From contig JAPDFW010000033.1 of the NCBI GenBank assembly GCA_028826165.1, positions 372,001-436,000 of the forward strand: DNA of 64,000 nt, read 5' to 3'. The position numbers were made by a program, and so were the translations under genes. Positions within the stretch are counted from its first letter, which is position 1. Each line of letters starts with the position of its first letter. The stretch comes from Anaeramoeba ignava BMAN. Lineage: Eukaryota; Protista; Anaeramoebae. This document shows, one piece after another, positions 1-13,357 of the stretch. The notes beneath the pieces were generated by a model. The model was not told the DNA's origin, searched no databases, and was given only the letters and a program-made list of their open reading frames with translations.

Positions 1-45
1 TTGGATTAATTTTTTCTAAATTTCTTCTTTTTTTTTTCTTTTTAA

Positions 46-3000
46 CTCTTTCAAATTTGGGTTTTGGTTTTCCTCTACAAAAATTTGATATTGCCCAAAC
101 TGCATTTCGAAGAAGGGATAATGATTGTTGATTGTTGAAAAAACCTGTTATATTCTCAACTAAATCAAAATTTAAGATATAATCTCTATGTTCACTAGAA
201 TCTCCAGCGATATTACCAAGAGCCCAGATGGACTTAATAATATAAATATTTTTATTTTTAATATTTTGAATATTTTGGATATTTTGAATATTTTTAATAT
301 TTTGAATATTTTGGATATTTTGAATATTTTGGATATTTTGAATATTTTGGATATTTTGGATATTTTGAATATTTTTAATATTTTTAATTTAATTTAATAT
401 TTTGAATATTTTGGATATTTTGGATATTTTGGATATTTTAATATTTTGGATATAATTTAATATTTTGGATATTTTGGATATTTTGGATATTTTTGAATAT
501 TTTTAATTTAATTTAATATTTTGGATATTTTGAATTTAATTTAATATTTTGGATATTTTAATATTTTTAATATTTTGAATTTAATTTAATATTTTGAATA
601 TTTTGATATTTTTAATATCTTTAATTTAATTTAATATTTTGAATATTTTGGATATTTTTGATATTTTGGATATTTTTGATTTAATATTTTTAATATAAAT
701 ATATATTTCCTACTTGCTCTCTAACATTTGCATCAGGAGATTTTAAAAGTTTGATAAAATAAGGAACAGCTCCTGATTCAATAACTATACGAGTTTGTTC
801 TGAATTTCCACTTGCAACATTAGTTAAAGCCCATGCAGCTTCAAACTAAAAAAAAATTTATTTAAAAAAAATGTTATTAATTTATCTTCTTTTTAATTTA
901 AATAAAATACTTGAATATCAGGATGATCATCTAATGAAAGAAATTCAACAAGACGAGAAACAACACCAGATTCAATAATAGCTTGAATTGGAGGATTTGT
1001 TTCCATAGAAAGCATTCTACGAATTTTTGTTGTTGAATCCAAACATTCTTTTATATCTGAAGAATAAATTTTCATAATTATATCAGGAAGTTCTGCAATC
1101 TTTAAAGAATTTTAATTTTAATTTTAATTTTAATTTTAATTTTAATTTTAATTTTAATTTTAATTTTAATTTTAATTTAAATTTTAATTTTAATTTTAAT
1201 TTTAATTTTAATTTTAATTTTAATTTTAATTTTAATTTTAATTTTAATTTTGATTTTAATTTTGATTTTAATTTTAATTTTAATTTTAATTTTAATTTTA
1301 ATTTTAATTTTAATTTTAATTTTAATATTAATTTTAATTTTAATTTTAATTTTAATTTTAATTTTAATTTTATAAATGAATTTTAATTTTAATTTTAAAT
1401 TTTAATTTTAATTTTAATTTTAATTTCAAAATTAATTTTAATTACTTGTGTTTGTATAAATGCTATATTTTCTGGATTTTCAAAAGTTGTTTTCTTTTGA
1501 CTTGGAGCAAGTTCAGTATTCTTTGTTTTTTCTATAATTTCCTCAATATCTTTATCTACATCTTCATCCATATTATCACCAGTTTGAATAAATTCAATAT
1601 CAGAATATTGATCTTGTTCAGTTTGGAAAGTATTATCTTCTTGCATTGGCTCTTCATCTCTGATAAACTCAATATCATCTCTTTCTTCATCACGAATTAT
1701 AAAATACATTTCTCCAACTCGTAAATTTTTAAAAACACCATCTTCAGGTACTTCAATTTCATTCTTTGCTGATTCTAAAAATTCAATTGGAGAAACATTA
1801 AAATCTATTTCAAGTGCTTCAACAGTTACTTCATTAATTGGATATTGTTTTATATCTAAAGTTCCTTTGATACAAATTGAGACTTCAGCTAAATATTTAT
1901 TAATTTATTTATTTATTAAATTATTTATTAATTTATTTATTAATTTATTTATTAATTTATTTATTAATTTATTTATTAATTTATTTATTAATTTATTTAT
2001 TAATTTATTTATTAATTTATTTATTAATTTATTTATTAATTTATTTATTAATTTATTTATTAATTTATTTATTAATTTGTTTATTAATTTATTTATTAAT
2101 TTATTTATTAATTTATTTATTAATTTATTTATTAATTTATTTATTAATTTATTTATTAATTTATTAAATTATTTATAAATTTATTTATTAATTTATTTAT
2201 TAATTTATTTATTAATTTATTTATTAAATTATTTGTTTTATTAATTTGTTTATTAATTTATTTATTAATTTATTTATTAATTTATTTATTAATTTATTTA
2301 TTAAATTATTTATTAATTTATTTTATAAAATTATTTATTAAAATTATTTATTAAATTATTTATTAAATTATTTATTAATTTATTTATTAATTTATTTATT
2401 TATTAATTTATTTATTAATTTATTTATTAATTTATTTTATTAATTTATTAATTTATTTATTAATTTATTAATTTATTTATTAAATTATTTATTAATTTAT
2501 TTATTAATTTATTTATTAATTTATTTTATAAATTTATTTATTAATTTATTTATTAATTTTATTTATTTAATTTATTTATTAATTTATTTAATTTATTTAT
2601 TAATTTATTTATTAATTTATTTATTAATTTATTTATTAATTTTATTTATTAATTTATTTATTAAATTATTTATTAAATTATTTATTAAATTATTTATTAA
2701 ATTATTTATTAAATTATTTATTAAATATATTTATTAATTTATTTATTAATTTATTTATTTATTAATTATTTTATTAATTTATTTATAATTTATTTTATTA
2801 ATTTTATTAATTTATTTATTAATTTATTAATTTATTTATTAATTTATTTATTAATTTATTTATTAATTTATTTATTAATTTATTTATTAATTTATTTATT
2901 TATTTATTAATTTATTTATTAATTTATTTATTAATTTATTTATTTATTTTTATTATTAAATTATTTATTAAATTATTTATTAATTTATTTATTAATTTAT

Positions 3001-3147
3001 TTATTAATTTATTTATTAATTATATTTATTAATTTATTTATTAATTTATTTATTAATTTATTTTGTTTTTTTTTGCTCTCTTTGTTTATATTATTTATTT
3101 TGTTTTGTTTTGCTCTTTTTATTTTAAAAAAAATTTTTTTTACACAT
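46..3147 (-). CDS. Importin-alpha (karyopherin alpha)-like ARM-repeat protein, 3' end runs off window; exons ~3147-3144, 1888-1446, 1099-911, 845-714, 232-46
   Basis: Spliced translation gives [55 protein letters not shown] and [18 protein letters not shown], typical importin-alpha ARM motifs; GT-AG introns keep the frame. The 4-nt first exon is tentative. Confidence 0.9.
1895..3060. repeat. Intronic (TTTATTTATTAA)n-type array
   Basis: Visible 12-mer tandem repeat; source of the spurious 'LFIN' ORF. Confidence 0.95.
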
Positions 3148-3495
3148 TTAAAATTCTTTTTTAAAAATAGAAATAATAAGAAATAAGAAATAAGAAATAG
3201 AAATGAATTGGAAATGAAAAATGAAATGAAGAAAAAGTGAAAAAAATTTTTGTTTTTTATAATTTTTCTTTTTTTTTTAATTGAAATTTTTTTTGGTTTT
3301 TTGATAATTAACAATTTTCCATTTCCAACAAAAAAGCAAAACAACAAAAATTTTGTTTTATTTTTAAAAGAAAAATTTTAAATTTTGTTTAATCAATATT
3401 TTTTTTTTGTTAAAAAAAAATTCCTCATTGAAATAAATATTTCTTGATTTTTTGAGGAAAAAAAAAAGAAGAACAAAAACAAAAATTCATTTGTT

Positions 3496-6400
3496 TTAAA
3501 CTTGATTATTTGCGTCTGGAATTTCTTCATATGCTTGAGCTAAAGGAACTGCAAGATTAATTGAAGTTAATGTTAATTGATTGACTAATTAAAATTAAAA
3601 ATTTAAATTAAAATTAAAATTAAAATTAAAATTAAAATTAAAAATTTAAATTAAAATTAAAATTAAAATTAAAATTAAAATTAAAATTAAAATTAAAATT
3701 AAAATTAATTTACAGTTTTGGGTTTTTGGAGGAGGAACAAATAACACTAAAAGAATAACACTGAAAGGAAAAATCTCAAATAAAATATAATAGAACATTA
3801 ATAAAATAGAGAGCTGAAATGTTGACATTTTAGTATTTGAAGTATTAATTAAAACCAAAGCAATAATTCTCAAAAAATAACAAATTGTACAAATCAAAAG
3901 TACTCTAAATATTTTTTGGATTGCTTGATGATTTTGTGAAGAAATTTGCCTCTTAAAAGATTTTTGTAACCGAATTGAGTATATGAATAGTGATAAAGCT
4001 ACAACAGCATACATTGATGCTAAAAAGAAATTATGTGGATCTTTTTTTGTTGCAATAAGAGATATATGTATTCCATAAAGTAATACGTTTGCGGTAATAA
4101 ATATAATAATAATTTTTCGATAATTTTTCTTTAATGCAACTGGTGAAAAATTTTTTGTACGTGAATAAATTTGTGCTCTTTTTGTATTTTAAATTGAATA
4201 TTGAATTGAATATTGAATTGAATTGAATTGAATATTGAATTGAATTGAATATTGAATTGAATATTAAATTGAATATTAAATTAAATTTTAAATTAAATAT
4301 TAAATTAAATTGAATATTAAATTGAATATTGGATATTAAATATTGAATTGAATATTAAATTGAATATTGAATAATGAATTGAATATTGAATTGAATAATG
4401 AATTGAATATTGAATTGAATATTGAATTGAATATTGAATTGAATATTGAATATTGAATTAAATATTGAATAATGAATTGAATATTGAATTGAATAATGAA
4501 TTGAATATTGAATTGAATATTGAATTGAATATTAAATTGAATATTAAATAATGAATTGGAATTGAATATTAAATTAAATATTGAATTGAATATTAAATTG
4601 AATATTGAATTGAATATTAAATTGAATATTGAATATTGAATTAAATTGAATATTAAATTGGATATTGAATATTGAATTAAATATTGAATTGAATTGAATA
4701 TTGAATTGAATTGAATATTGAAGTGAATATTGAATTGAATATTAAATTAAATATTGAATTGAATATTAAATTGAATATTGAATATTGAATTAAATTGAAT
4801 ATTAAATTGGATATTGAATATTGAATTAAATATTGAATTGAATTGAATATTGAAGTGAATTGAATATTGAATTGAATATTGAATATTGAATTGAATATTG
4901 AATATTGAATTGAATATTGAATATTGAATATTGAATATTGAATTAAATTGAATATTAAATTAAATTGAATATTGAATATTTGAATTAAATATTAAATTGA
5001 ATATTAAATTCAAAATTGAATAACGAATATTGAATATTGGAATAAGAATCGATATTGGAATCAAATCGAATATTGAATTGAATGAATATTGAATATGAAT
5101 TGAGTATTGAAATAAAAATTAAAAATGAATATTGAATGAAATTGGAATATTGATAAAAATTGGGTGAATAAATATTGAATATTGGAATATGAAATATTAA
5201 AATTAAAATTGAATATTGAATATTGAAAGTATTGTTGGAAATTGAATAAGTGAAAAATTGAATGAATGTATTGAATATTGATTGAAATCGAGTATTGAAT
5301 AAATACAAAAATTGAATATTGAATGAATACCATAAATTGAATATTAAAATTGAATATTTGAAATATTGATTAAATATTAAATTGAATATTGAATCGAATA
5401 TTGAATATTTAAATTGAATATTGAATAATAAATTAAATTGAATATTGAATATTGAATTAAATATTAAAATTGGATATTAAATATTGAATATTGAATAAAG
5501 AATCAAATGGAAAATTGAATACGGAATTGAATTGAGCGAATTGAATATTGAATATTGAATAAAAATGGAATATTGAAATTGAAATATATGGAATTGAAAT
5601 TGAAATTTTGAAATTGGAATTGGAATGAATATTAAATTTGGAATGAAAAAGGTGAATTGAATATTGAATATTAAATTGAATATTGAATAATTAAATTCAA
5701 ATTGAATAAAAATTGAAATCAAATATTGAATCGAATTGAATAAATGGAATTAAAAATTGAATAATTCGAAATCGAATGAATATTGAATCGAATTGAATAT
5801 TGAATATTGAATATTAAATAAATTGAATATTGAATATTGAATATTGAATTGAATATGAATATTGAATATTAATATTGAATATTGAATTGGATATTGAATT
5901 GGATATTGAATTGGATATTGAATTGAATATTGAATTAAATATTGAATTGAATTGAATATTGAATATTGAATAATGAATTGAATATTAAATATTGAATTAA
6001 ATATTGAATTGAATTGAATATTGAATTGAATTGAATATTGAATTGAATTGAATATTGAATTGAATTGAATATTGAATTGAATTGAATATTAAATTGAATA
6101 TTAAATTGAATATTAAATAATGAATTGAAATTTTTGGAAAATTTACAGTGTAAAAATTAATAAAAGAAAAGCTGATAAAAAAAATTCAGCAAATACAGCA
6201 CCTGCAATATTTGTTTTATCAGCGTGATTAAGGAAATAATTCGTAAAAACAGCTGCAATAAAATTAACTGATGAACGACCTAATGTTCCAATAATAACCA
6301 AAGAAAAAAAAATCTAAAAAACAAAAACAAAAAGAAAAAGAAAAAGCAAAAAAAAAATTTTTTAATATAAAAATAAAATAAAAAATAAGTTTTGTTTGAA

Positions 6401-6554
6401 TTTTCTTGTTTGAAATAGAAAAGTTTTTAATTACTTTTTGATGATAAAGCTCTTTTGTGCGTTGAAATAATGTAATTAATCTCCAAATTGTCAAAAAACA
6501 CAAAATTACATAAAAAGAAAATAAAACTGAATAACAAGGAGTTGCAGAAGTCAT
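3496..6554 (-). CDS. 7TM protein, THH1/TOM1/TOM3 (GPR137-like) family; exons ~6554-6435, 6313-6147, 4177-3714, 3584-3496
   Basis: About seven hydrophobic segments after splicing; motifs HQKIFFSL..GR, FLSAFLLLIFTLAQIY, KIFRVLLICTICYFLR, YYILFEIFP resemble the TOM1/GPR137 family. Confidence 0.7.
4190..6130. repeat. Intronic ATTGA/ATATTGA compound microsatellite (~1.9 kb)
   Basis: Visible tandem ATTGAAT-type repeats within intron 2 of the 7TM gene. Confidence 0.95.
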
Positions 6555-6844
6555 TTCAAAAAAAAAAATTAAATTCAAATTTAAAATTTAAAATTAAAAT
6601 TTAAAATTCAAAATTAAAAAAATTGAAAGAGAAAAAAATGATTAAAAAAAAAACCAAAAAAAAATATTTTTTTTCTTTTTCTTCTTTTTAAAGATTTTTA
6701 TTTATTTTGATAAGTTATTTCCAATTTCCATTTTTGAGAAAATTTGATCAAATAAAAATCAAATCAAAATTTAATTGAAAAAATTTTAAATGAAAAATTC
6801 TAATTGTTAATAAATTGATTGATTGATTTATTTTATTTTTAAAT

Positions 6845-7844
6845 TTAGTATTTTGATTTTCTTCCTGATTTTGCTTCTTTTTTATATTGATAAATTTGAT
6901 TGATTAATGAATAAGCATCAGATATTTTTAGCCATCGTTTTTCACAATTAGAATCACAATTTTGAATTTTATCAGGATGATATTTTAAAGCTAATTTTTT
7001 ATAATGTTTTGATATTTCTTCTTGAGTATAATCACCATATTCCAAACCAAGAATTTTGTATTGCTCTTCAATATTCAATTCTTTAGGATCAAAAACATCT
7101 GCTTTCATTCTTAAAAATATAACAAAAATAAGAAAAAGAAGGAATAATAAGAATTTCCAATTGAGAAAACTTTTAAGAATAAAACGAATAAATGGGAAGA
7201 AAGAAATATTTAGTTTTTCATTTTCAAAATCATCTTCTGAATCAATTTCTGAATCAATTTCTGAATCATTTTGTGAATCAATTTCTGAATCATTTTGTGA
7301 ATTATCTTTTGAATCATTTTTTAAATTATCTTTTGAATCAATTTTTGAATTATTTTGTGAATTATCTTTTGAATCATTTTGTGAATTATTTTGTGAAGAT
7401 GGAGTTATTTTTCTGTTTTTAAGTTGAGATTTATTGAGAATTATATCAAATGAATCATTTTCCAAATTATCTTTTAAATTATCTTTTGAATTATTTTTAA
7501 ATTATCTTTTAAATTATTTTTTAAATTATTTTTTAAATTATCTTTTAAATTATCTTTAAATTATCTTTTAAATTATCTTTTGAATCATCTTTTAAATTAT
7601 CTTTTAAATTATTTTTTAAATTATTTTCCAAATTATCTTCCAAATTATTTTTTAAATTATCTTTTAAATTATCTTTTAAATTATCTTTTAAATTATCTTT
7701 TAAATTATTTTTTGAATTATTTTTTGAATTATTTTTAAATTATTTTTTGAATTATTTTTTGAATTATTTTTTAAATTATTTTTGAATTATTTTTTGAATT
7801 ATTTTTAAATTATTTTTTAAATTATTTTTTGAATTATTTTGCAT
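6845..7844 (-). CDS. Membrane-anchored DnaJ-domain protein with repetitive low-complexity N-terminus
   Basis: TM segment followed by J-domain (YKILGL...YKKLALKYHPDK...ISDAY). The only upstream ATG (7844) is out of frame with the ORF at 7465 because of 11-nt units within a 12-nt repeat, so the start is uncertain. Confidence 0.8.
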
Positions 7845-7919
7845 TTATTCTTTATTAAAAAAAAATGAAAAAAAAAATGAAAAAAGATTTTTTAAATTTT
7901 TCATTTTTTTTTTTATTTT

Positions 7920-8408
7920 ATGGTTAAATTTGCATTACTATTAAGTTTAGAATTACAAAAACTAACAAAATTCTGTGCGAAATCAAACAAAATCTGGCAT
8001 TTAAAATATACCTGTACACATTGTGGAGAAAAAACGAAGAATTTTGTAACAATAAATCCAGAAGATCAAATAAAAGTACCAAAAAGTCGAGGAATTGCAA
8101 ATTATCATTCCAGATGCAAATTTTGCAAAAGAGACTTAACAATCATTGTTTTGGAACCTACAGAAGATAAGCCAGTTTATATTTATGAAGAACATCATGA
8201 GGAATTCACAAAAATTGCTGTTTTTGAATGTCGTGGACTTGAACTTACTGATTTCGATCCAAAAGGTGATTTTGTTGCTATTTCAACTGAAAATGGAAAT
8301 TCTTTTGATATCGATTTTTCTGATGGTGATTTTTGTGATTTTGATGAGGATTCAAAAGCTCTTGTTTCTGTTGCAAATTTGAAATATAAATTTGATACAG
8401 TCAAATGA
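7920..8408 (+). CDS. CZIB: CXXC motif-containing zinc-binding protein (DUF866 / C1orf123 family)
   Basis: MVKFALLL start, CTHCGE, SRGIANY..RCKFCKR, FECRGLE..DFDP, DFCDFDE. Confidence 0.92.
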   Translation: MVKFALLLSLELQKLTKFCAKSNKIWHLKYTCTHCGEKTKNFVTINPEDQIKVPKSRGIANYHSRCKFCKRDLTIIVLEPTEDKPVYIYEEHHEEFTKIAVFECRGLELTDFDPKGDFVAISTENGNSFDIDFSDGDFCDFDEDSKALVSVANLKYKFDTVK

Positions 8409-8469
8409 TTTTTCTTTTCAATTTAATTTTTGATTTTAAAATAAAAATTAATTTTTCATCCAAATCTTG

Positions 8470-9650
8470 AATATTAAATATTAAATTTAATATTGAATAT
8501 TGAATTGAATATTGAATATTGAATATTGAATATTTAATATTGAATATTGAATATTTAATATTGAATATTTAATATTGAATTGAATATTAAATTGAATATT
8601 GAATATTGAATTGAATTGAATATTGAATTAAATTGAATATTGAATTGAATTGAATTGAATTAAATTGAATTGAATATTAAATATTAAATTGAATATTGAA
8701 TTGAATATTGAATATTGAATTAAATATTGAATTAAATATTGAATTAAATATTGAATTAAATATTGAATATTGAATATTGAATATTGAATAATGAATATTG
8801 AATAAAATTGAATATTGAAATTGAATTGAATTGAATTGAATATTGAAATTGAATTGAATATTGAAATTAAATGAATATTGAAGAATTGAATATTGAATTG
8901 AATATTAAATCGAAATATTTAAATTGAATCGAATATTAAAATGAATATTGAATTGAATATTTGAATATTGAAATTGAATATTAAATATTGAATATTGAAT
9001 TGAATATCAAATAGTGAATATTGAAAATTAAATTGAATATAAAATAAATATTAAATGGCCGAATTGAATATTAAATATTGAATTGAATAAATATTGAATA
9101 AATATTAAATTGAAATTAAATATTAAAATTAAATATGAATTGAATATTAAATATTAAAATTAAATTGAATATTAAATTGAATATTGAATATTGAATTGAA
9201 TTGAATATTGAATTGAATGAATATTGAATCGAATATTGAATATTGAATTGAATATTAAATTGAATATTAAATTAAATATTGAATTGAATTGAATATTGAA
9301 TTGAATATTGAATATTGAATTGAATATTGAATATTGAATTGAATATTAAATTGAATTGAATATTGAATATTGAATTGAATATTGAATATTAAATATTGAA
9401 TATTGAATTGAATATTGAATATTAAATATTGAATATTGAATTGAATATTGAATATTAAATATTGAATATTGAATTGAATTGAATTGAATTGAATATTAAA
9501 TTGAATATTGAATTGAATATTGAATTGAATATTGAATTGAATATTAAATTAAATATTGAATTGAATATTGAATTAAATTGAATATTGAATTGAATTGAAT
9601 TGAATATTGAATTGAATTGAATATTAAATATTGAATATTGAATTAAATAT
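8470..9650. repeat. Intergenic ATTGA/ATATTGA compound microsatellite
   Basis: Same motif family and orientation as 4190-6130. Confidence 0.95.
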
Positions 9651-9989
9651 TAATGAAGGAATAATCAAATTTTGAATTTTGCTTTATTTTTGTTTTTTTT
9701 TTTTTGAGATAAAAAAAATTTTTTTCAATTATTAAATTATTTGCCATAGATAAAAAAGAAATAAAAAAGAAAAAGAAAAAAAATATCACAATAAAAAGAT
9801 TTTAAGCCGGCAAAATAAATCATTTTTTTTTTCGATTTTTAATTATTCCTTTTTTCTTTTTTTCTTTTTTTTTTTTCAATTTTCTTTTCAATTATTCTTT
9901 TCCTTCATTTAATTTGCACATTTATTTTTTATAATTATTTGCATTAATTTTGTTTTAATTTTGTTTGAATTTTACACTTGATTTAAATT

Positions 9990-12900
9990 ATGGGCAGTTC
10001 TTTAACAAAAAAAATAAACAAAGCTGAAAATAAAAATAAAAATAAAAATAAAGATAAAAACAAAAATAAAGATAAAAATAAAGACAAAATAAAGCCAAAA
10101 TCTGATAAAAAAAAAGAAAAACAAAAAGAAAATACTTTTCATTTTGATTCTATTCATCAAATGAACTATAATATTGAAAGAATTTTAAATCAAGAAGATA
10201 ATCAATTTTATATTAAACAAAAAGCCTTATTTTTAGGTGAAATCAATTTCAAAATCAAAATCAAAATTAAAATTAAAATTAAAATCAAAATTAAAATTAA
10301 AATTAAAATTAAAATTAAAATCAAAATTAAAATCAATTTCAAAATTAAAATCAAAATCAAAATTAAAATCAAAATCAATTTCAAAATCAATTTCAAAATT
10401 AAAATTAAAATTATAATTAAAATCAAAATTAAAATTAAAATCAAAATTAAAATTAAAATCAAAATTAAAATTAAAATCAAAATCAATTTCAAAATCAATT
10501 TCAAAATTAAAATTAAAATTCAAAATTAAAATTAAAATTCAAAATTAAAATTAAAATCAAAATTAAAATTAAAATCAAAATCAAAATTAAAATTAAAATT
10601 AAAATTAAAATCAAAATCAAAATCAAAATTAAAATCAAAATCAAAATCAAAATTAAAATCAAAATCAAAATCAAAATCAAAATCAAAATCAAAATTAAAA
10701 TTAAAATTAAAATCAAAATTAAAATCAAAATTAAAATTAAAATTAAAATTAAAATCAATTTCAAAATCAAAATCAAAATCAAAATTCAAAATTAAAATCA
10801 AAATTAAAATTAAAATTAAAATCAAATTTTAGGTGTAAGTGAATCAGGAAAAAGTACAATTTTAAAACATCTTCAACAACTTCATCGAGAATTTAAAACA
10901 GAAGAACGTCAAGAATTTCTTAAAGGAATTCATTTAGATATTATCCAAAATATGCAAACTTTAATTATGGCTACAGAACAGTTCTTCAATCAAACTTTAC
11001 CTGAAGAACTTTATGAAGCCAGAAAAGAAATTGAAAAATTTACTCCAAATCAAGTTCCAAGTTCAAAAACTTGGCTCAATTTAAAACCTCTTTGGCAGTC
11101 ACCTTTGATAAGAAGTACTTGGGAAAACCGTTATAAATTTTCTCATGAATCACGTTTACAAATTAATGAAAATGCAGATTAGTATCTCATCTTTTATTTT
11201 ATTCCTTAAACAAATGAATCCAAAATATTTAATATTTAATATTTATTTAATATTTATTATTTAATATTTATTTAATATTTAATATTTATTATTTAATATT
11301 TAATATTTATTTAATATTTATTATTTAATATTTAATATTTAATATTTAATACTTAATATTTAATACTTATTTAATATTTAATTAATATTTAATATTTAAT
11401 ATTTATTTAATATTTAATATTTAATATTTAATATTTAATATTTAATATTTAATATTTAATATTTAATATTTAATATTTATTATTTAATATTTATTTAATA
11501 TTTTAGTTTTTTTAATAGGTTGAATTATTTTCAACAATTAGAATACTTACCAACAAATGAAGATATTTTGAAATCTTTTATCCCAACAACAGATTTATCT
11601 AAACAAACTTTAAGATTTAATAAAATTAAATGGGAGTAACTCAAAATTAAAAACTAAAAAATCTTCAAATTCAAAAAAAATCAAAATCAAAAATCAAAAT
11701 CAAAATCAAAACTAAAAATCAAAATCTAAAATTAAAATTAAAATTAAAATTAAAATCAAAATTAAAATTAAAATTAAAATCAAAATTCAAAAATCAATAT
11801 AAAAATTAAAATCAAAATCAAAATTAAATTCAAAATTAAATTCAAATTAAAATTAAAATTCAAAATTAAAATCAAAATCAAAATTAAATTCAAAATTAAA
11901 TTCAAATCAAAATTAAAATTAAAATTAAATTCAAATCCAAATTAAAATTAAAATTAAAATTAAAATTAAAATTAAAATTAATTAGATTTTTCGATCTTGG
12001 TGGTTCAAGAAATACAAGAAATAAATGGTAAAAAATTTAAATAATTTTAATCCAAAATTATTTAATAAAATTAAATATGATTTAAAAATAACTCTTTTTA
12101 TTCAAAAAAAAAACAAACAGGCCAAAATTTTATTCAGATACTGATGTTCTTTTATTTGTTGTTGGATTGAGTGAATTTAATAGAAATCTTCGTGAAGTTA
12201 ATGGAGAAAATAGAATTCGTGAATCAATATCATTATTTTCACAAATTTATAATCTTCCTTGGTTTGTAAAATCAGAAATTGTTATAATTTTCAATAAAGT
12301 TGATCTTTTTACAAAAAAAATTGAGACAGAAAATGTTAAAAATTTTTTTTCTGAATATAATGGTAATTTTCAAATTAAAATCAAAATTAAAATTAAAATT
12401 AAAATTAAAATCAAAATAAAAATCAAAATTAAAATCAAAATAAAAATCAAAATCAAAATTAAAATTAAAAATTAAAATCAAATTCAAAATAAAAATTAAA
12501 ATTAAAATTAAAATTAAAATCAAAATCAAAATCAAAATTAAAATTAAAATTAAAATTAAAATCAAAATTAAAATCAAAATCAAAATTTAAAATCAAAATC
12601 AAAATCAAAATCAAAATCAAAATTAAAATCAAAATTAAAATCAAAATAAAATCAAAATTAAAAATCAAAATCAAAATCAAAATCAAAATCAAAATCAAAA
12701 TCAAAATCAAAATCAAAATTAAAATCAAAATTAAAATCAAAATTAAAATTAAAAATTAAAATTAAAATCAAATTCAAAATTAAAATTAAAATTTAAATCA
12801 AAATCAAAATCAATTTCAAAATCAAAATCAAAATCAAAATTAAAATTAAAATAATTGAAAAAAGGTAATGAAAACTTTCTCGAAAGTGTAGAATTTTTTA

Positions 12901-13055
12901 AAACTCTCTTTATCAAAAATTTATACACTGAAGACCAAAAACTTCGTAAAATTCATTTCTTTCTTACTTGTGCTTTGGATCAAAATTCAATATCAACAAC
13001 TTTTGATGCAATTACTCAAATTATTTTGCAAAAATTATCTTCACAAAAAAATTAA
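9990..13055 (+). CDS. Divergent heterotrimeric G-protein alpha subunit; exons 9990-10236, 10833-11181, 11507-11635, 11986-12027, 12121-12362, 12865-13055
   Basis: MGSS myristoylation motif, G1 GVSESGKST, YLPTNEDIL, G3 DLGG, G4 FNKVDLF, G5 TCALD; frame-preserving GT-AG introns. Confidence 0.92.
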
Positions 13056-13357
13056 ATACAAAAAAATTAAATACAAAAAAATTAAATACAAAAAAATTAA
13101 ATACAAAAAAATTTTTATTATTCTTTCTTTTGTTATTATTATTCAATTTCTTTTAAAAATAGATCAAAAAAATATCTAAATTCATTCACATTAATTAAAA
13201 AATAAAATAAAAATAAAAATAAAAAAGAAAATATTTTTTTTTTGCAATCCACTTTTTTCTTTCTTTCTTTCTTTTGAAAAAATTTGGAAAAAATTTGAAA
13301 AAATTTGAAAAATTTGAAAAAAGAAAAAGAAAAGAAAAAAAAAATAAAATCCAAAAA

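Noticed and set aside
4980-5800. Degenerate core within the ATTGAAT array (also ~8800-9150) as a hidden element or ORF
   Set aside because: Looks like noisy copies of the same repeat, probably unpolished long-read consensus; its ORFs are low-complexity.
7466-7844. Programmed frameshifting in the DnaJ N-terminal repeat
   Set aside because: Several 11-nt variants of a 12-nt unit, each one base short in a homopolymer, fit sequencing error better.
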